Of a stretch of 64,000 bases of DNA, positions 41,266 through 50,578 are shown in pieces. Source of the DNA: a virus. Within the stretch, counting starts at the first letter, position 1. Every line of letters begins with the position of its first letter. The position numbers and the translations under genes are program-made. The notes beneath the pieces were generated by a model, which saw only the letters and a program-made list of their open reading frames with translations, was not told where the DNA came from and made no database searches. Location: positions 32,001 to 96,000 of IMG/VR virus record IMGVR_UViG_3300030451_006341; one strand, written 5' to 3'.

Positions 41266-41993
41266 ATTGACGCAACTCCCATTTTTTGAACAACCTTGGT
41301 TGAACAATCATTAGCAAATTTAATTGATAAATCAATATTGTTAGTTTCACAAAACTTATAACACAACGCAGCTACAAATGTGTCGCCTGCTCCAGATGTA
41401 TCTTTTACTTCAACCAAAGGAACATCGTATACTTTATTTTGATATATGCACCCATTTGGTCCTTTAGTAACAATTAGGTTTTTCATTGTTTTGCTAGTCA
41501 AATATTGTTTTGTATTTTCATATTCATAGTGATTAATTTTTATAAAAGTAAATTCAGATGCCCAATCACCTATTATTTTTTTGGTGTCTAAAAAGCTAAT
41601 ACGAGAATGAACTGAAATATGTCTTAAGTCCTCTTTAGATAAAAAGCCTTTATTATAATCTGATACTACTACTGCATCATATAATTTAAAGTTAATTTCT
41701 TGAATATTACAAATACCATATTTGTCATCGTTTTCATCTAATCTCATAAACATGTGATTTGTTCTTCTATCAACAAATCTAGTTTTAGTGATGGACTTCC
41801 AATTATTGTTTGTACATATGTTTGGATTTGCGCCCAAAGACTGTAAATTTGCATATACGTTCATAGCCATCCCGCCGTTTTTAATTAATTTTATAGCATT
41901 AAAAACAGGAACAGGGGCTTCAGGACACAGCCTGTTGCACGTTCCATAGTGGAAGATATCATTACAACTTTCTCCGATAACCAAAATCTTCAT
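41262..41993 (-). CDS. rfaE1: PfkB-family heptose-7-phosphate kinase (RfaE/HldE domain I)
   Basis: RLCPEAPVPV, GGMAMNV, SDYNKG and DTSGAGDTF motifs. Confidence 0.85.
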   Translation of the reverse strand: MKILVIGESCNDIFHYGTCNRLCPEAPVPVFNAIKLIKNGGMAMNVYANLQSLGANPNICTNNNWKSITKTRFVDRRTNHMFMRLDENDDKYGICNIQEINFKLYDAVVVSDYNKGFLSKEDLRHISVHSRISFLDTKKIIGDWASEFTFIKINHYEYENTKQYLTSKTMKNLIVTKGPNGCIYQNKVYDVPLVEVKDTSGAGDTFVAALCYKFCETNNIDLSIKFANDCSTKVVQKMGVASI

Positions 41994-43003
41994 CTGCTTA
42001 GGTATCTCTTTCCACTTGAAATATTGTCACGCCAATAATTTAAAAGATCCAACATTGTTTGTTCAAAACTAATTTCAGGTTGCCAGCCAGTATGCTGTTT
42101 AAATTTATTGGTATCAGGAACTTGTAAATCAGCGTCAATAGGTCTTAATCTATCTGGATCAATTTCAACAGTAATGTCATTTCTAGTAGATAGTGATATT
42201 AAATAATCTAGCATGTCTCTGACAGAACAACTAAATGAGCCGCCTATATTATAGTATTCACCAGCAATTGGGTTTTGAGTTACCAACATATAATATGCAC
42301 GTACAGCATCTCTAACATCAGACCATGTTCTAAGTGAGTCAAGATTTCCAACTTTAATAATTGGTTCTTGCAAGCCAGCTTCAATCATTGCAATTTGTTT
42401 TGCAAACGTAGACTCGGCAAATACATCACCACGGCGGGGTCCAGTATGTGTAAACATGCGCGTTGTCATGACTGTCATGCCGTATGCTTCAGCGTAAAAA
42501 CGCCCAATTAAGTCAGTGCCAACTTTAGAAATTGCATAGGGAGAAGCAGGGTGAAACGTAATATCTTCATGAATTGGTAAAAACTCTTTTGGCACCCGAC
42601 CAAACACTTCTGAAGATGCACAAACGTGGATGATAGGATCTTGATTTAGTTTTTTAATTGCATCAAGAACTTTAGCAGTTCCTAATATGTTTGTCTCTAA
42701 TGTCTCAAGTGGCGATTCAAAGCTAGTCTTAGGATAACTTTGGGCAGCTAAATGAAATACATAATCTGGTTTTATTTTATCAAATACATGAAGCATGGAA
42801 CTTAAATCATTAATATCCCCATATTCAACAAATACTCTATCTTTTTTGTTAACTCTGTTCATGAGATGTTCAATGTTATCAGTTTTATCGTTCCATCTCA
42901 TAAGACCATAAACATCCCAATCGGTATTATTCAGCAAAAAATCAGCCAAATGTGATCCAACCATACCAGTAAAGCCAGTTATAAATGCAATTTTATTTGA
43001 CAT
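41990..43003 (-). CDS. GDP-sugar 4,6-dehydratase of the GDP-manno-heptose type (DmhA/DdahA/WcbK-like; GMD family)
   Basis: ITGFTGMVGS..ADFLL..MRW..DNI.HL..NKKDR; AAQSYPKTSF; SSEVFG; YAISK; THTGPRRGDVF; RLRPIDAD. Start moved to 43003 (AAGGTG SD). Confidence 0.85.
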   Translation of the reverse strand: MSNKIAFITGFTGMVGSHLADFLLNNTDWDVYGLMRWNDKTDNIEHLMNRVNKKDRVFVEYGDINDLSSMLHVFDKIKPDYVFHLAAQSYPKTSFESPLETLETNILGTAKVLDAIKKLNQDPIIHVCASSEVFGRVPKEFLPIHEDITFHPASPYAISKVGTDLIGRFYAEAYGMTVMTTRMFTHTGPRRGDVFAESTFAKQIAMIEAGLQEPIIKVGNLDSLRTWSDVRDAVRAYYMLVTQNPIAGEYYNIGGSFSCSVRDMLDYLISLSTRNDITVEIDPDRLRPIDADLQVPDTNKFKQHTGWQPEISFEQTMLDLLNYWRDNISSGKRYLSR

Positions 43004-43502
43004 AATCACCTTGCTCATCTCTCATTGACAACACTGGATTACTAATTGGCCACCAAAAATCCCACTCAGGATCGTTCCATTTAATTGTAAACTGTTGACC
43101 ATCTTCAAAGTGTGTGTTTTGTTTATAAAAATATACTATATCTTCAAGTGCTAAAATTGAATTACCAATTCCTGATGGTAATAAAAGCATGTTTTTATTT
43201 TGTTCACTTAGTGTAAAAGATTGCCATTTTTTGTATGTTGGCGAATCGGGACGGTTATCTGCTATTAAGGCATAGCCTGCACCTTTCAGTACTGTTACCA
43301 ATTTAGTGGTTTTCCAATCACCATGTAGTCCTCTAAGAACACCTTTTCTAGAAATTGATACATCATCTTGGATAAAAACTTCAGACGTGACATCTTTAAA
43401 ATTTTTAGAATCATATAACTCCATATATGAGCCACGATGATCTTCAAACCTATCAGGGATTATTAATTTAACACCATGTAGTTTAGTATCCAAAACTTGC
43501 AT
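42993..43502 (-). CDS. RmlC-family NDP-4-keto-sugar 3(,5)-epimerase, MlghB/DdahB-like
   Basis: FEDHRG, RGLHGDWKTTKL, DSPTY, GIGNS, YFYK and QFTIKWND motifs. Confidence 0.85.
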   Translation of the reverse strand: MQVLDTKLHGVKLIIPDRFEDHRGSYMELYDSKNFKDVTSEVFIQDDVSISRKGVLRGLHGDWKTTKLVTVLKGAGYALIADNRPDSPTYKKWQSFTLSEQNKNMLLLPSGIGNSILALEDIVYFYKQNTHFEDGQQFTIKWNDPEWDFWWPISNPVLSMRDEQGDYVK

Positions 43503-44488
43503 TAATCTTTCCGTGTAAAATAATTGTTTCTTTTTTTATACAAATCTTGATTATTTAAAAACCACTCTAAAGTTTCTTGAATGCCTTCTTGTAGGCTTGT
43601 TGAGCACTTAAAACCATGTGATTGAGCGCGAGAGGTGTCCATAAGACGACGAGCATCACCTTTTGGCTTACTGGTGTCCCATTCAATTTGTATACTAGTA
43701 TTATAACAGTTTCTAATAGATTCTGCAACATCTTTTATTGAAACACCATCACCGCTTCCTAGATTAACTGGTTCTGTTATGCCGTTTTCGACCATGTGAA
43801 TCATACCATCTGCGCAGTCTCCAGCATAAATAAAGTCTCTAATTGGTGTACCATCTCCCCAGCAAACGAGCGGTGATTCACCAGATACAATTCTGTTTAT
43901 TAACGAAGGGATAACCATAGCGTTTTCTGGATCAAAATTATCCCATTTGCCATAAACATTAGCAGGTCGCACAATTGAAATATTGTCTTTTCCATATTGG
44001 ATTTTGTATGCATCAGCTTGTAATTCGCCTATTCGTTTCGCCCATCCAGGATGCTTATCGTTATCAGATGGGAAGGTGGTCCACACATCATCTTCTTTAA
44101 AGACTTCTGCAGGATGGTAGACCCCAACAGAACTTGTATATAAATACCAGTCTACATTACAACGCATAGCTGCTTCCATCATAGCTGTGTTAAACATTAA
44201 CATTGGAACCATAAAGCTTGCTGGTCTCTCTCTGGACATTTTGGGAGAACCTTTGATGCCAATCAAATTAAAGACGTAATTTTGACCTTCGCATGCCTTT
44301 ATGCAATTTTGCAAAACAGTTAAATCTAACTTCATAAATTTAACCGAGTCGGGCAATCCCTCGGGCTCATCAAGAGATACAACAGTAACCTCACAGTTTT
44401 TTTCCAATAACTTATCAACTAAGTAGCGGCCTATCATTCCCGTACCACCAGTGACAAGAACTTTTTTATTTTCTAAATTATTAATCAT
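43502..44488 (-). CDS. NDP-4-keto-sugar reductase/epimerase, GDP-L-fucose synthase-like SDR
   Basis: VTGGTGMIG, GWAKRIGE, RPANVYG..DNF and WGDGTPIRDF motifs. Confidence 0.8.
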   Translation of the reverse strand: MINNLENKKVLVTGGTGMIGRYLVDKLLEKNCEVTVVSLDEPEGLPDSVKFMKLDLTVLQNCIKACEGQNYVFNLIGIKGSPKMSRERPASFMVPMLMFNTAMMEAAMRCNVDWYLYTSSVGVYHPAEVFKEDDVWTTFPSDNDKHPGWAKRIGELQADAYKIQYGKDNISIVRPANVYGKWDNFDPENAMVIPSLINRIVSGESPLVCWGDGTPIRDFIYAGDCADGMIHMVENGITEPVNLGSGDGVSIKDVAESIRNCYNTSIQIEWDTSKPKGDARRLMDTSRAQSHGFKCSTSLQEGIQETLEWFLNNQDLYKKRNNYFTRKD

Positions 44489-44490
44489 TT

Positions 44491-45249
44491 TTACTCCACT
44501 ATAAAATAAGATACTCTAGAAGCGTAAGGGAAACGCTTCAATGTTATATTTTCTAAACCAAAAACATCCATTAGTGCCAAAGTTTCTCCTGGTGAATCTG
44601 GATCATTCAACTCATCAAAACCAACTACGCTACCCTTAGTTAATCTTGGCTTAATTGCCTCTAAGCATTCTTTAGTTGGTTTATATAAATCAAAATCAAA
44701 GTATGCAAGGGAGACAATAGTTTCTGGGTTATCATTTAAATATTCATGAATTGTTTTTGTAGCGTCACCTTTACGTAATTCAAATTTTTTAATATGTGAC
44801 AATGGATTATCGCTTTCAATATTACCAACAATCTTGGATAAATATTGATCGTAATTTTCAGTGAGAGCTAATTCGCCTTCGACCATCATCGGTGAGTGGC
44901 CATCTTCTTCTGTGATTTCAGGAAACCCTTCAAACGTATCGAACGCTACTAGTTTTTTGTGCCTATTGAATGGCTCATATATACCACGTAACGCAGCAAA
45001 CAATGCCATATTTTGGCCCCATCTAGTTCCAAACTCCATTACTACACCATGAACATCAATTTGTTTTTGATAAATGTGGTTCATAAATAAAATTCTAGAA
45101 AGATTTTTAGAATTCAAAAACAAACCTAAATTAGATAAAACTTGCTCATGCGGAATAGGACAGTCTTGAAGAAGATCGTACATTTCGTTTCTAGCGGTTC
45201 TCTCTAAATTGTTGTCATACGTTAATATTTTTGTATTTTCGTCAGCCAT
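44491..45249 (-). CDS. TylF/MycF/NovP-family sugar O-methyltransferase
   Basis: MEFGTRWG, FDTFEGFP, YFDFDLY and GSVVGFDE motifs; start moved to ATG 45249. Confidence 0.8.
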   Translation of the reverse strand: MADENTKILTYDNNLERTARNEMYDLLQDCPIPHEQVLSNLGLFLNSKNLSRILFMNHIYQKQIDVHGVVMEFGTRWGQNMALFAALRGIYEPFNRHKKLVAFDTFEGFPEITEEDGHSPMMVEGELALTENYDQYLSKIVGNIESDNPLSHIKKFELRKGDATKTIHEYLNDNPETIVSLAYFDFDLYKPTKECLEAIKPRLTKGSVVGFDELNDPDSPGETLALMDVFGLENITLKRFPYASRVSYFIVE

Positions 45250-45260
45250 AATATATTCCT

Positions 45261-46364
45261 TTATTTTTGCCAAACTAATGCTGGTATTTTTTTGTCCCAA
45301 CCAAAGGCTATAACCCAAGCCCAAAATCTTAGTCTTCCTTCAATGAGATCAAATTGTTGATTGTTTACTTCTTTAAGTCTGATGGGCTTTAGAAATATTC
45401 CTTGTTTCATTTCTTCAGATAATTCTACAGGAGAGGGTGTCATATTCATTTTGTTTTCAATTGCCTCTTCCACTGTTTGGTATACTTTTCGATTATAGTC
45501 ATTAGACACTCTAATTTGTTTTGTATCAATATTTTTTACAGGAGTTACAAATTTTTCAGACATCAAATTAAGATCATCTTTTGTTACTTTTAAATTTGCA
45601 GCTTCTGCGTTTTGTCTAGCGCGCAATGGCTTTGATGTATTCGGTATTACCATAACATTTGGGTTGTTGATTAACCATCTTAACACTAATTGGCCAGTAG
45701 TGCAATTATATTTTTTTGACAGTTGTGTTAGAATTTTAAGCTGCTCAGTACCATTAACCATTTTTCCTTGTGCTAATGGGCTATATGCTATTAATTTTAC
45801 ATCATTTTTTTTGCAAAAAGGTAGCACATTTTTTTCTATGGAGCGTTCAAAAAAATTATATTCTACCTGTAAAGTACTAAGGCTATTATTTTTTAGTGAT
45901 AGTATAGCATTCTCAGTTTCATTTATCAAAAAGTTACTAACTCCAATTTGTTTAATTTTACCATCTAAAACTAATTTTTCCATCGCTTCCATTGTTTCGC
46001 TAATAGGAACATTTGGGTTAGGCCAGTGGACCTGGAATAAATCAATTACATCGGTCTGTAGTCTTTTTAGGCTTTGTTCAGCAGATTTTATTACGCCATT
46101 AAATGTAGTATCATTTGGCGAAACCTTTGTTGCTAAATAAACATTGTGCCTGCCTATTCGTTTTAAAATTTGACCTAAAGCAGCCTCAGATGCACCATTA
46201 CCATAAACTGGTGCTGTATCTATAAAATTAATGCCACTATCAAGAGATACTTTTATTGTCTCTTCTAAGCTATTGCCACTTTCATTTTCGGGCAAATGAA
46301 ATCCTGTGCCAAAACCAATAGCAGATATTGGTGTGTCATCATTATTTATTTTACGATATATCAT
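45261..46364 (-). CDS. Aldo-keto reductase fused to a C-terminal ParB/Sulfiredoxin-like domain
   Basis: AKR tetrad IDTAPVYG / ATK / QVHWP; C-terminus ELSEEMKQG..KPIRL..FDLIEGRLRFWA..IPALV. Confidence 0.8.
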   Translation of the reverse strand: MIYRKINNDDTPISAIGFGTGFHLPENESGNSLEETIKVSLDSGINFIDTAPVYGNGASEAALGQILKRIGRHNVYLATKVSPNDTTFNGVIKSAEQSLKRLQTDVIDLFQVHWPNPNVPISETMEAMEKLVLDGKIKQIGVSNFLINETENAILSLKNNSLSTLQVEYNFFERSIEKNVLPFCKKNDVKLIAYSPLAQGKMVNGTEQLKILTQLSKKYNCTTGQLVLRWLINNPNVMVIPNTSKPLRARQNAEAANLKVTKDDLNLMSEKFVTPVKNIDTKQIRVSNDYNRKVYQTVEEAIENKMNMTPSPVELSEEMKQGIFLKPIRLKEVNNQQFDLIEGRLRFWAWVIAFGWDKKIPALVWQK

Positions 46365-47448
46365 TGAAAACAAAAGCCTCTATTTTTTTTCTATTGCAAA
46401 TTTTCCAAGCCCAATACTTTTTAATCTCAGAAAAATAATAATCATCTAAAATTTTATATTTACCATTTTTAAAAACAGTTCTTAATGGTGGTAGTTCGAA
46501 ATTGTTTTTTAATCTTTCTGCTAAAAGCTGTGGGCTAGGAATTAAATCGTCTTTGTTGTCTATTGCTTGTTTGAAAGTAATGTAGCAACGCTCGTCAATT
46601 AATACGTCGTCAATATTTATTAAATTTTTTTTTGTACCAAACGATTGTTCTAACGTGCGACAATCATTAACCGATAAGTTTATTTTTGTAGACTTTAAAT
46701 TTTGTGCTAAGTGATCGTCATTCATTGTTCTAATAATGGAAACTACATTTTTTTGTAAAACCCAAGCTAGCATTAACTGATGGATTGTGCAATTGTGTTT
46801 TGTTGTTAGTGATAAAATTTCAGGACTAAATTTTATTTTTTTACCTTGCAAAAAAGGACTATACGCTAAAAACAAATGATTGTTTTTATTGCAAAACGGT
46901 ATGACTTTTTTAAGAGATTCTTTTTGTAACAAATTAAATTCGTTTTCTACAACAAAAAAATCATTTTTGTTTTTTTTATCAAACTCGTTAATCTCTGAGA
47001 ACACTGCATTGCCTATTCCATATGCTTTTATTTTACCTTGTTTTTTGAACTCTTTTAAGGATTCTATTAATTCTTGCACAGGAATTTCAGGATTACGCCA
47101 ATGAGATAAGTAAAAATCTATGTAATCAGTATTTAATCTTTTTAAACTGTTATTTAAAGATGCTTGTAAATCTTTTTTGTGTGAATTTCTAGCATTAAAC
47201 TTTGAACATATTATAGCCTGTTCTCGCCTGTTTCGTAGTGCTATACCCAATATTTCTTCAGAATAGCCACCACCGTAAAGCTCAGCTGTATCAAACATGT
47301 TAATGCCCATATCCATAGCTTTATGGTAAAAGTAAATTCTTTTATTTACCGTATCCTCGGTATTACTGTGCTTATTGCCTGTTTTATTAACACCTAATGC
47401 TATTTGTGAGACTTTTTTATCTAAATTTTTTAAATAGATATAATCCAT
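46351..47448 (-). CDS. Aldo-keto reductase with a degenerate ParB/Srx-like C-terminal domain
   Basis: FDTAELYG / CSK / LSHW tetrad; C-terminus PSPQLLAERLK..PPLR..YKILD..YWAW..IEAFV. Confidence 0.75.
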   Translation of the reverse strand: MDYIYLKNLDKKVSQIALGVNKTGNKHSNTEDTVNKRIYFYHKAMDMGINMFDTAELYGGGYSEEILGIALRNRREQAIICSKFNARNSHKKDLQASLNNSLKRLNTDYIDFYLSHWRNPEIPVQELIESLKEFKKQGKIKAYGIGNAVFSEINEFDKKNKNDFFVVENEFNLLQKESLKKVIPFCNKNNHLFLAYSPFLQGKKIKFSPEILSLTTKHNCTIHQLMLAWVLQKNVVSIIRTMNDDHLAQNLKSTKINLSVNDCRTLEQSFGTKKNLINIDDVLIDERCYITFKQAIDNKDDLIPSPQLLAERLKNNFELPPLRTVFKNGKYKILDDYYFSEIKKYWAWKICNRKKIEAFVFNDIS

Positions 47449-47853
47449 TTAAATACTTGGCTCCCATCCTTTTAAACCATCAGTATCAAAATTGCTCCTA
47501 ACTAAGCTTTTTTCTTTATCACCAAATTCTTCTAATAAAATATTTTTCATTCTATTACGAACACCATTAATTTGGTGAGCTAATTTTAGTAATTCATCGT
47601 ATCTTTCTTCATCATCTTGCATTTTGTCTTTAATATACCATATATGTACATTAATTTGCGACAAAACCATTAATACTCTTAATAGTCTTGAGTTTAAAAC
47701 TATTTTTTTATCTTGTATTAACATATCAATATCATGTGACAGTTTATCTATTTCTTCAGTAATGCTTTTGTTGTCATCAAAAAGCATCTCTTTTATTTGA
47801 TCTACAGCCAATCTATCTATTAGTTCAGCAGCAGGCAATACAAATTTTCTCAT
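47449..47853 (-). CDS. All-helical protein, DUF6165/DUF4254-like; paralog of 52723-53136
   Basis: ELIDRL..QIKE..HDID..QINVHIW..HQINGVRN. Confidence 0.6.
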   Translation of the reverse strand: MRKFVLPAAELIDRLAVDQIKEMLFDDNKSITEEIDKLSHDIDMLIQDKKIVLNSRLLRVLMVLSQINVHIWYIKDKMQDDEERYDELLKLAHQINGVRNRMKNILLEEFGDKEKSLVRSNFDTDGLKGWEPSI

Positions 47854-48830
47854 ATTTTAACTCCTTTTAGCCTTGCAAGTTCTGGATTATTATAAATCCA
47901 ATCAAATGTTTCTTTAATTCCTTGCTCTAATGAATATTTTTGTTTAAAGTTTAATAATTTACGGGCCCTATCCATGTTCATAATTCTAATCGGATCACCT
48001 GATGGCTTTGTTATATCCCATGTAATTTCAATGTCATCTGAATAGACCTTACAAATTGTTTCAGCGGCATCTTTTATAGAAGCCCCTGTTCCTGAGCCTA
48101 GATTTATTGGTGTACAAGCTGGCGCATTAATCATTGCTTCCAGCATCCAATACGCTACCTCTTTTGAATAAGTAAAATCTCTTATTGCTGAACCATCACC
48201 CCACACATTTAAAGGATTTTCGCCACCTAAAACTCTTGACATTAGGGATGGCAATACTTGAGCAGTAGCTGGATTAAAATCATCAAATGGTCCATATACA
48301 TTACTTGGTCTTAATATTTTTACTGCATCCCATCCATACTCTTTAAGATACGTTTCACCTTGAATTTCACCAATTCTTTTTGCTAATCCAGGAATTCTAT
48401 CATTTTGTTTTGGCATGCCATTCCATGCATTGTCTTCAAAATGTTCTGAGGCCTGTGGATATATACAAACACTGCTAACAAACATATACCCAGAGGCTTC
48501 AGATTTAAATGCTGCATCCATTAACTCTGTTTGAAACCTAAGCATAGGAACAAAATAACTTGCAACTTTTGTTTCACCAATACCAACTGAGCCTTTAATA
48601 CCAACTAAATTAAAAACATAGTCCATGCCTTTGCATACTTTTAGACAATTGGATTGCTTAGTTAAATCTAATCGCTGAAAATTTACATCTCCTAATACTA
48701 ACTTTGCATATTCAGGAGTATCCATGGACACTACTTTAATATTTGCGCCTTTTTGCTGCAGCATTTTAACTAGTGGTACACCAATTGTGCCAGTCCCACC
48801 AGCAACTAATACTTTTTTTCCAGAATACAT
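47850..48830 (-). CDS. NDP-sugar epimerase/reductase, GDP-L-fucose synthase-like SDR (close paralog of 43502-44488)
   Basis: AGGTGTIG, VFNLVGIKGS, GLAKRIGE and RPSNVYG motifs; start moved to ATG 48830. Confidence 0.8.
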   Translation of the reverse strand: MYSGKKVLVAGGTGTIGVPLVKMLQQKGANIKVVSMDTPEYAKLVLGDVNFQRLDLTKQSNCLKVCKGMDYVFNLVGIKGSVGIGETKVASYFVPMLRFQTELMDAAFKSEASGYMFVSSVCIYPQASEHFEDNAWNGMPKQNDRIPGLAKRIGEIQGETYLKEYGWDAVKILRPSNVYGPFDDFNPATAQVLPSLMSRVLGGENPLNVWGDGSAIRDFTYSKEVAYWMLEAMINAPACTPINLGSGTGASIKDAAETICKVYSDDIEITWDITKPSGDPIRIMNMDRARKLLNFKQKYSLEQGIKETFDWIYNNPELARLKGVKI

Positions 48831-48837
48831 AATTTCC

Positions 48838-49779
48838 TTAGTGTATAAAACTTTTAATTTTTTTAATAATAGAAGACTCATCTATGTTAGCAATCTTGTG
48901 TAACATCTCTCGATCTCCAAAACTAAAATAAAATTTATTTTCTAATGCAATGCTTAAAACATTTTTTGTGTGATTGTTTTCTTTTAATAAACAAAATATT
49001 TTTTCCGCGATTCCGCCGCTTTTAATATTTTCTTCAACAACTATGACGTTTTTATTCTTGGTAAATTTTAATATATCTTCTATTGGAAGAGGATTTATCC
49101 TAAAAATATCCATATGTGCTAAATTAATATTATCTTGTTCTAATGATTGTAACACATTAACAATTTTTTGTGTCATAAAACCAGATGATATTATAACATT
49201 GTTGGCTTGTCGTTCGTTAATAATTTTATGACCTATGGAGATATCATCATTATCAACATATATTCTAGGTAATTTGCCCTTTTCAATTCTAAAATACTTT
49301 GGGCCACTCTGTTTGTATGAAAGCTCTGCAAGTTTTTTGGTGCTTATATCATCTGTAACATTATAAACTTGTAAATTTGGTAAGTTTATCATTGCAGACA
49401 AATCTTGCACACCTTGATGTGTGGGCCCATCAGTACTATATGTAAACCCTGCGCCAACTCCAATTATATTTACATCTAAATTCATGGCACATAAATCTAT
49501 ATTTATTTGCTCCAAGACTCTTAAAGAAACAAAATTATTAATTGCATAAACATATACTTTTTTACCACATTTAGCCAAACCAGCAGCAACGCTTATTAAA
49601 GCTTGTTCAGCAATACCAACATTGATATATTGTTCGGGGTAGGCTTCTTCAATTTTTTTTAAGCCAAATGCACCATGATCAGCTGTGAGGATTACAGTAT
49701 TTTTATCTTTAGCAATAATATGATGTAATTCGTCAAAGAACGCATCTCTCATATCAACTATATTTTGTACATTATCCAA
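48838..49779 (-). CDS. Split transketolase, C-terminal (Pyr-binding) subunit
   Basis: MRDAF, NVGIAEQ, DGPTHQ and VVEENIKSGG motifs. Confidence 0.85.
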   Translation of the reverse strand: MDNVQNIVDMRDAFFDELHHIIAKDKNTVILTADHGAFGLKKIEEAYPEQYINVGIAEQALISVAAGLAKCGKKVYVYAINNFVSLRVLEQINIDLCAMNLDVNIIGVGAGFTYSTDGPTHQGVQDLSAMINLPNLQVYNVTDDISTKKLAELSYKQSGPKYFRIEKGKLPRIYVDNDDISIGHKIINERQANNVIISSGFMTQKIVNVLQSLEQDNINLAHMDIFRINPLPIEDILKFTKNKNVIVVEENIKSGGIAEKIFCLLKENNHTKNVLSIALENKFYFSFGDREMLHKIANIDESSIIKKIKSFIH

Positions 49780-50578
49780 TTTCTTTGAGAGCCTTTTCTA
49801 ATGTTTCATCTGTAATAGCTCCGTGGTGCCAATTACTTTGATTTTCCATAAAACTAACACCTTTACCTTTGACAGTATTTGCTATAATAGCGGTTGGTTT
49901 TGATGAATGTAAATCTGTTAAAGAGTCTGATATTTGTTGTAAATTATGGCCGTCAATATCAATAACGTTCCAACCAAATGATTTTAATCTTTTGTCTAAA
50001 GGGTCAAGTGGATGAATATGCTCGGTATTACCGTGAATACACAGTCTATTTCGGTCAATAATTGTAACTAAATTTGATAATTTAAGACGCGGAGCCAAAC
50101 TCATAGCTTCCCATATTGAGCCTTCTCCGCACTCTCCATCACCTAAAATTACATATGTTGTGTAATCTTGCCTATTCATTTTTGCTGCCAATGCAAACCC
50201 AACAGCGACACTTAATCCGTGTCCTAATGAGCCAGATATAAACTCAATACCTGGTATATTGGTGTCAGGGTGTTCACCAAGTATTCCACCTTGATTCATT
50301 TTAAACAATTCATCTTCACTAAAGAAACCCAAATCATTTAATATTACATATTGCGCGATACAAGCATGACCCTTACTAAGAATAAATCTGTTACGATTGG
50401 GGTCAGTAATATTTTTAGTGCTTATATTTAAAATATTTTTATAGTAAAGAACACTTAGAACATCAATACATGAGAAAGCACCTCCGACGTGTCCTTTCCC
50501 AACATGATTTATAACTTTAAGAATTTTTTTGCGATGTTCTTTAGTTTTTTTTTCTATTTGTTCAAAACTTAAATTCAT
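49772..50578 (-). CDS. Split transketolase, N-terminal (ThDP-binding) subunit
   Basis: GHVGGAFS, RFILSKGH, GSLGHGL, GDGECGEGSIWEA..DRN and KGKGVSFME..WH motifs. Confidence 0.9.
   Translation of the reverse strand: MNLSFEQIEKKTKEHRKKILKVINHVGKGHVGGAFSCIDVLSVLYYKNILNISTKNITDPNRNRFILSKGHACIAQYVILNDLGFFSEDELFKMNQGGILGEHPDTNIPGIEFISGSLGHGLSVAVGFALAAKMNRQDYTTYVILGDGECGEGSIWEAMSLAPRLKLSNLVTIIDRNRLCIHGNTEHIHPLDPLDKRLKSFGWNVIDIDGHNLQQISDSLTDLHSSKPTAIIANTVKGKGVSFMENQSNWHHGAITDETLEKALKEIG

Noticed and set aside
45261-46630. ParB partitioning system
   Set aside because: No HTH or dimerisation region, no ParA and no parS repeats; only the N-terminal ParB/Srx-like fold fused to AKR.
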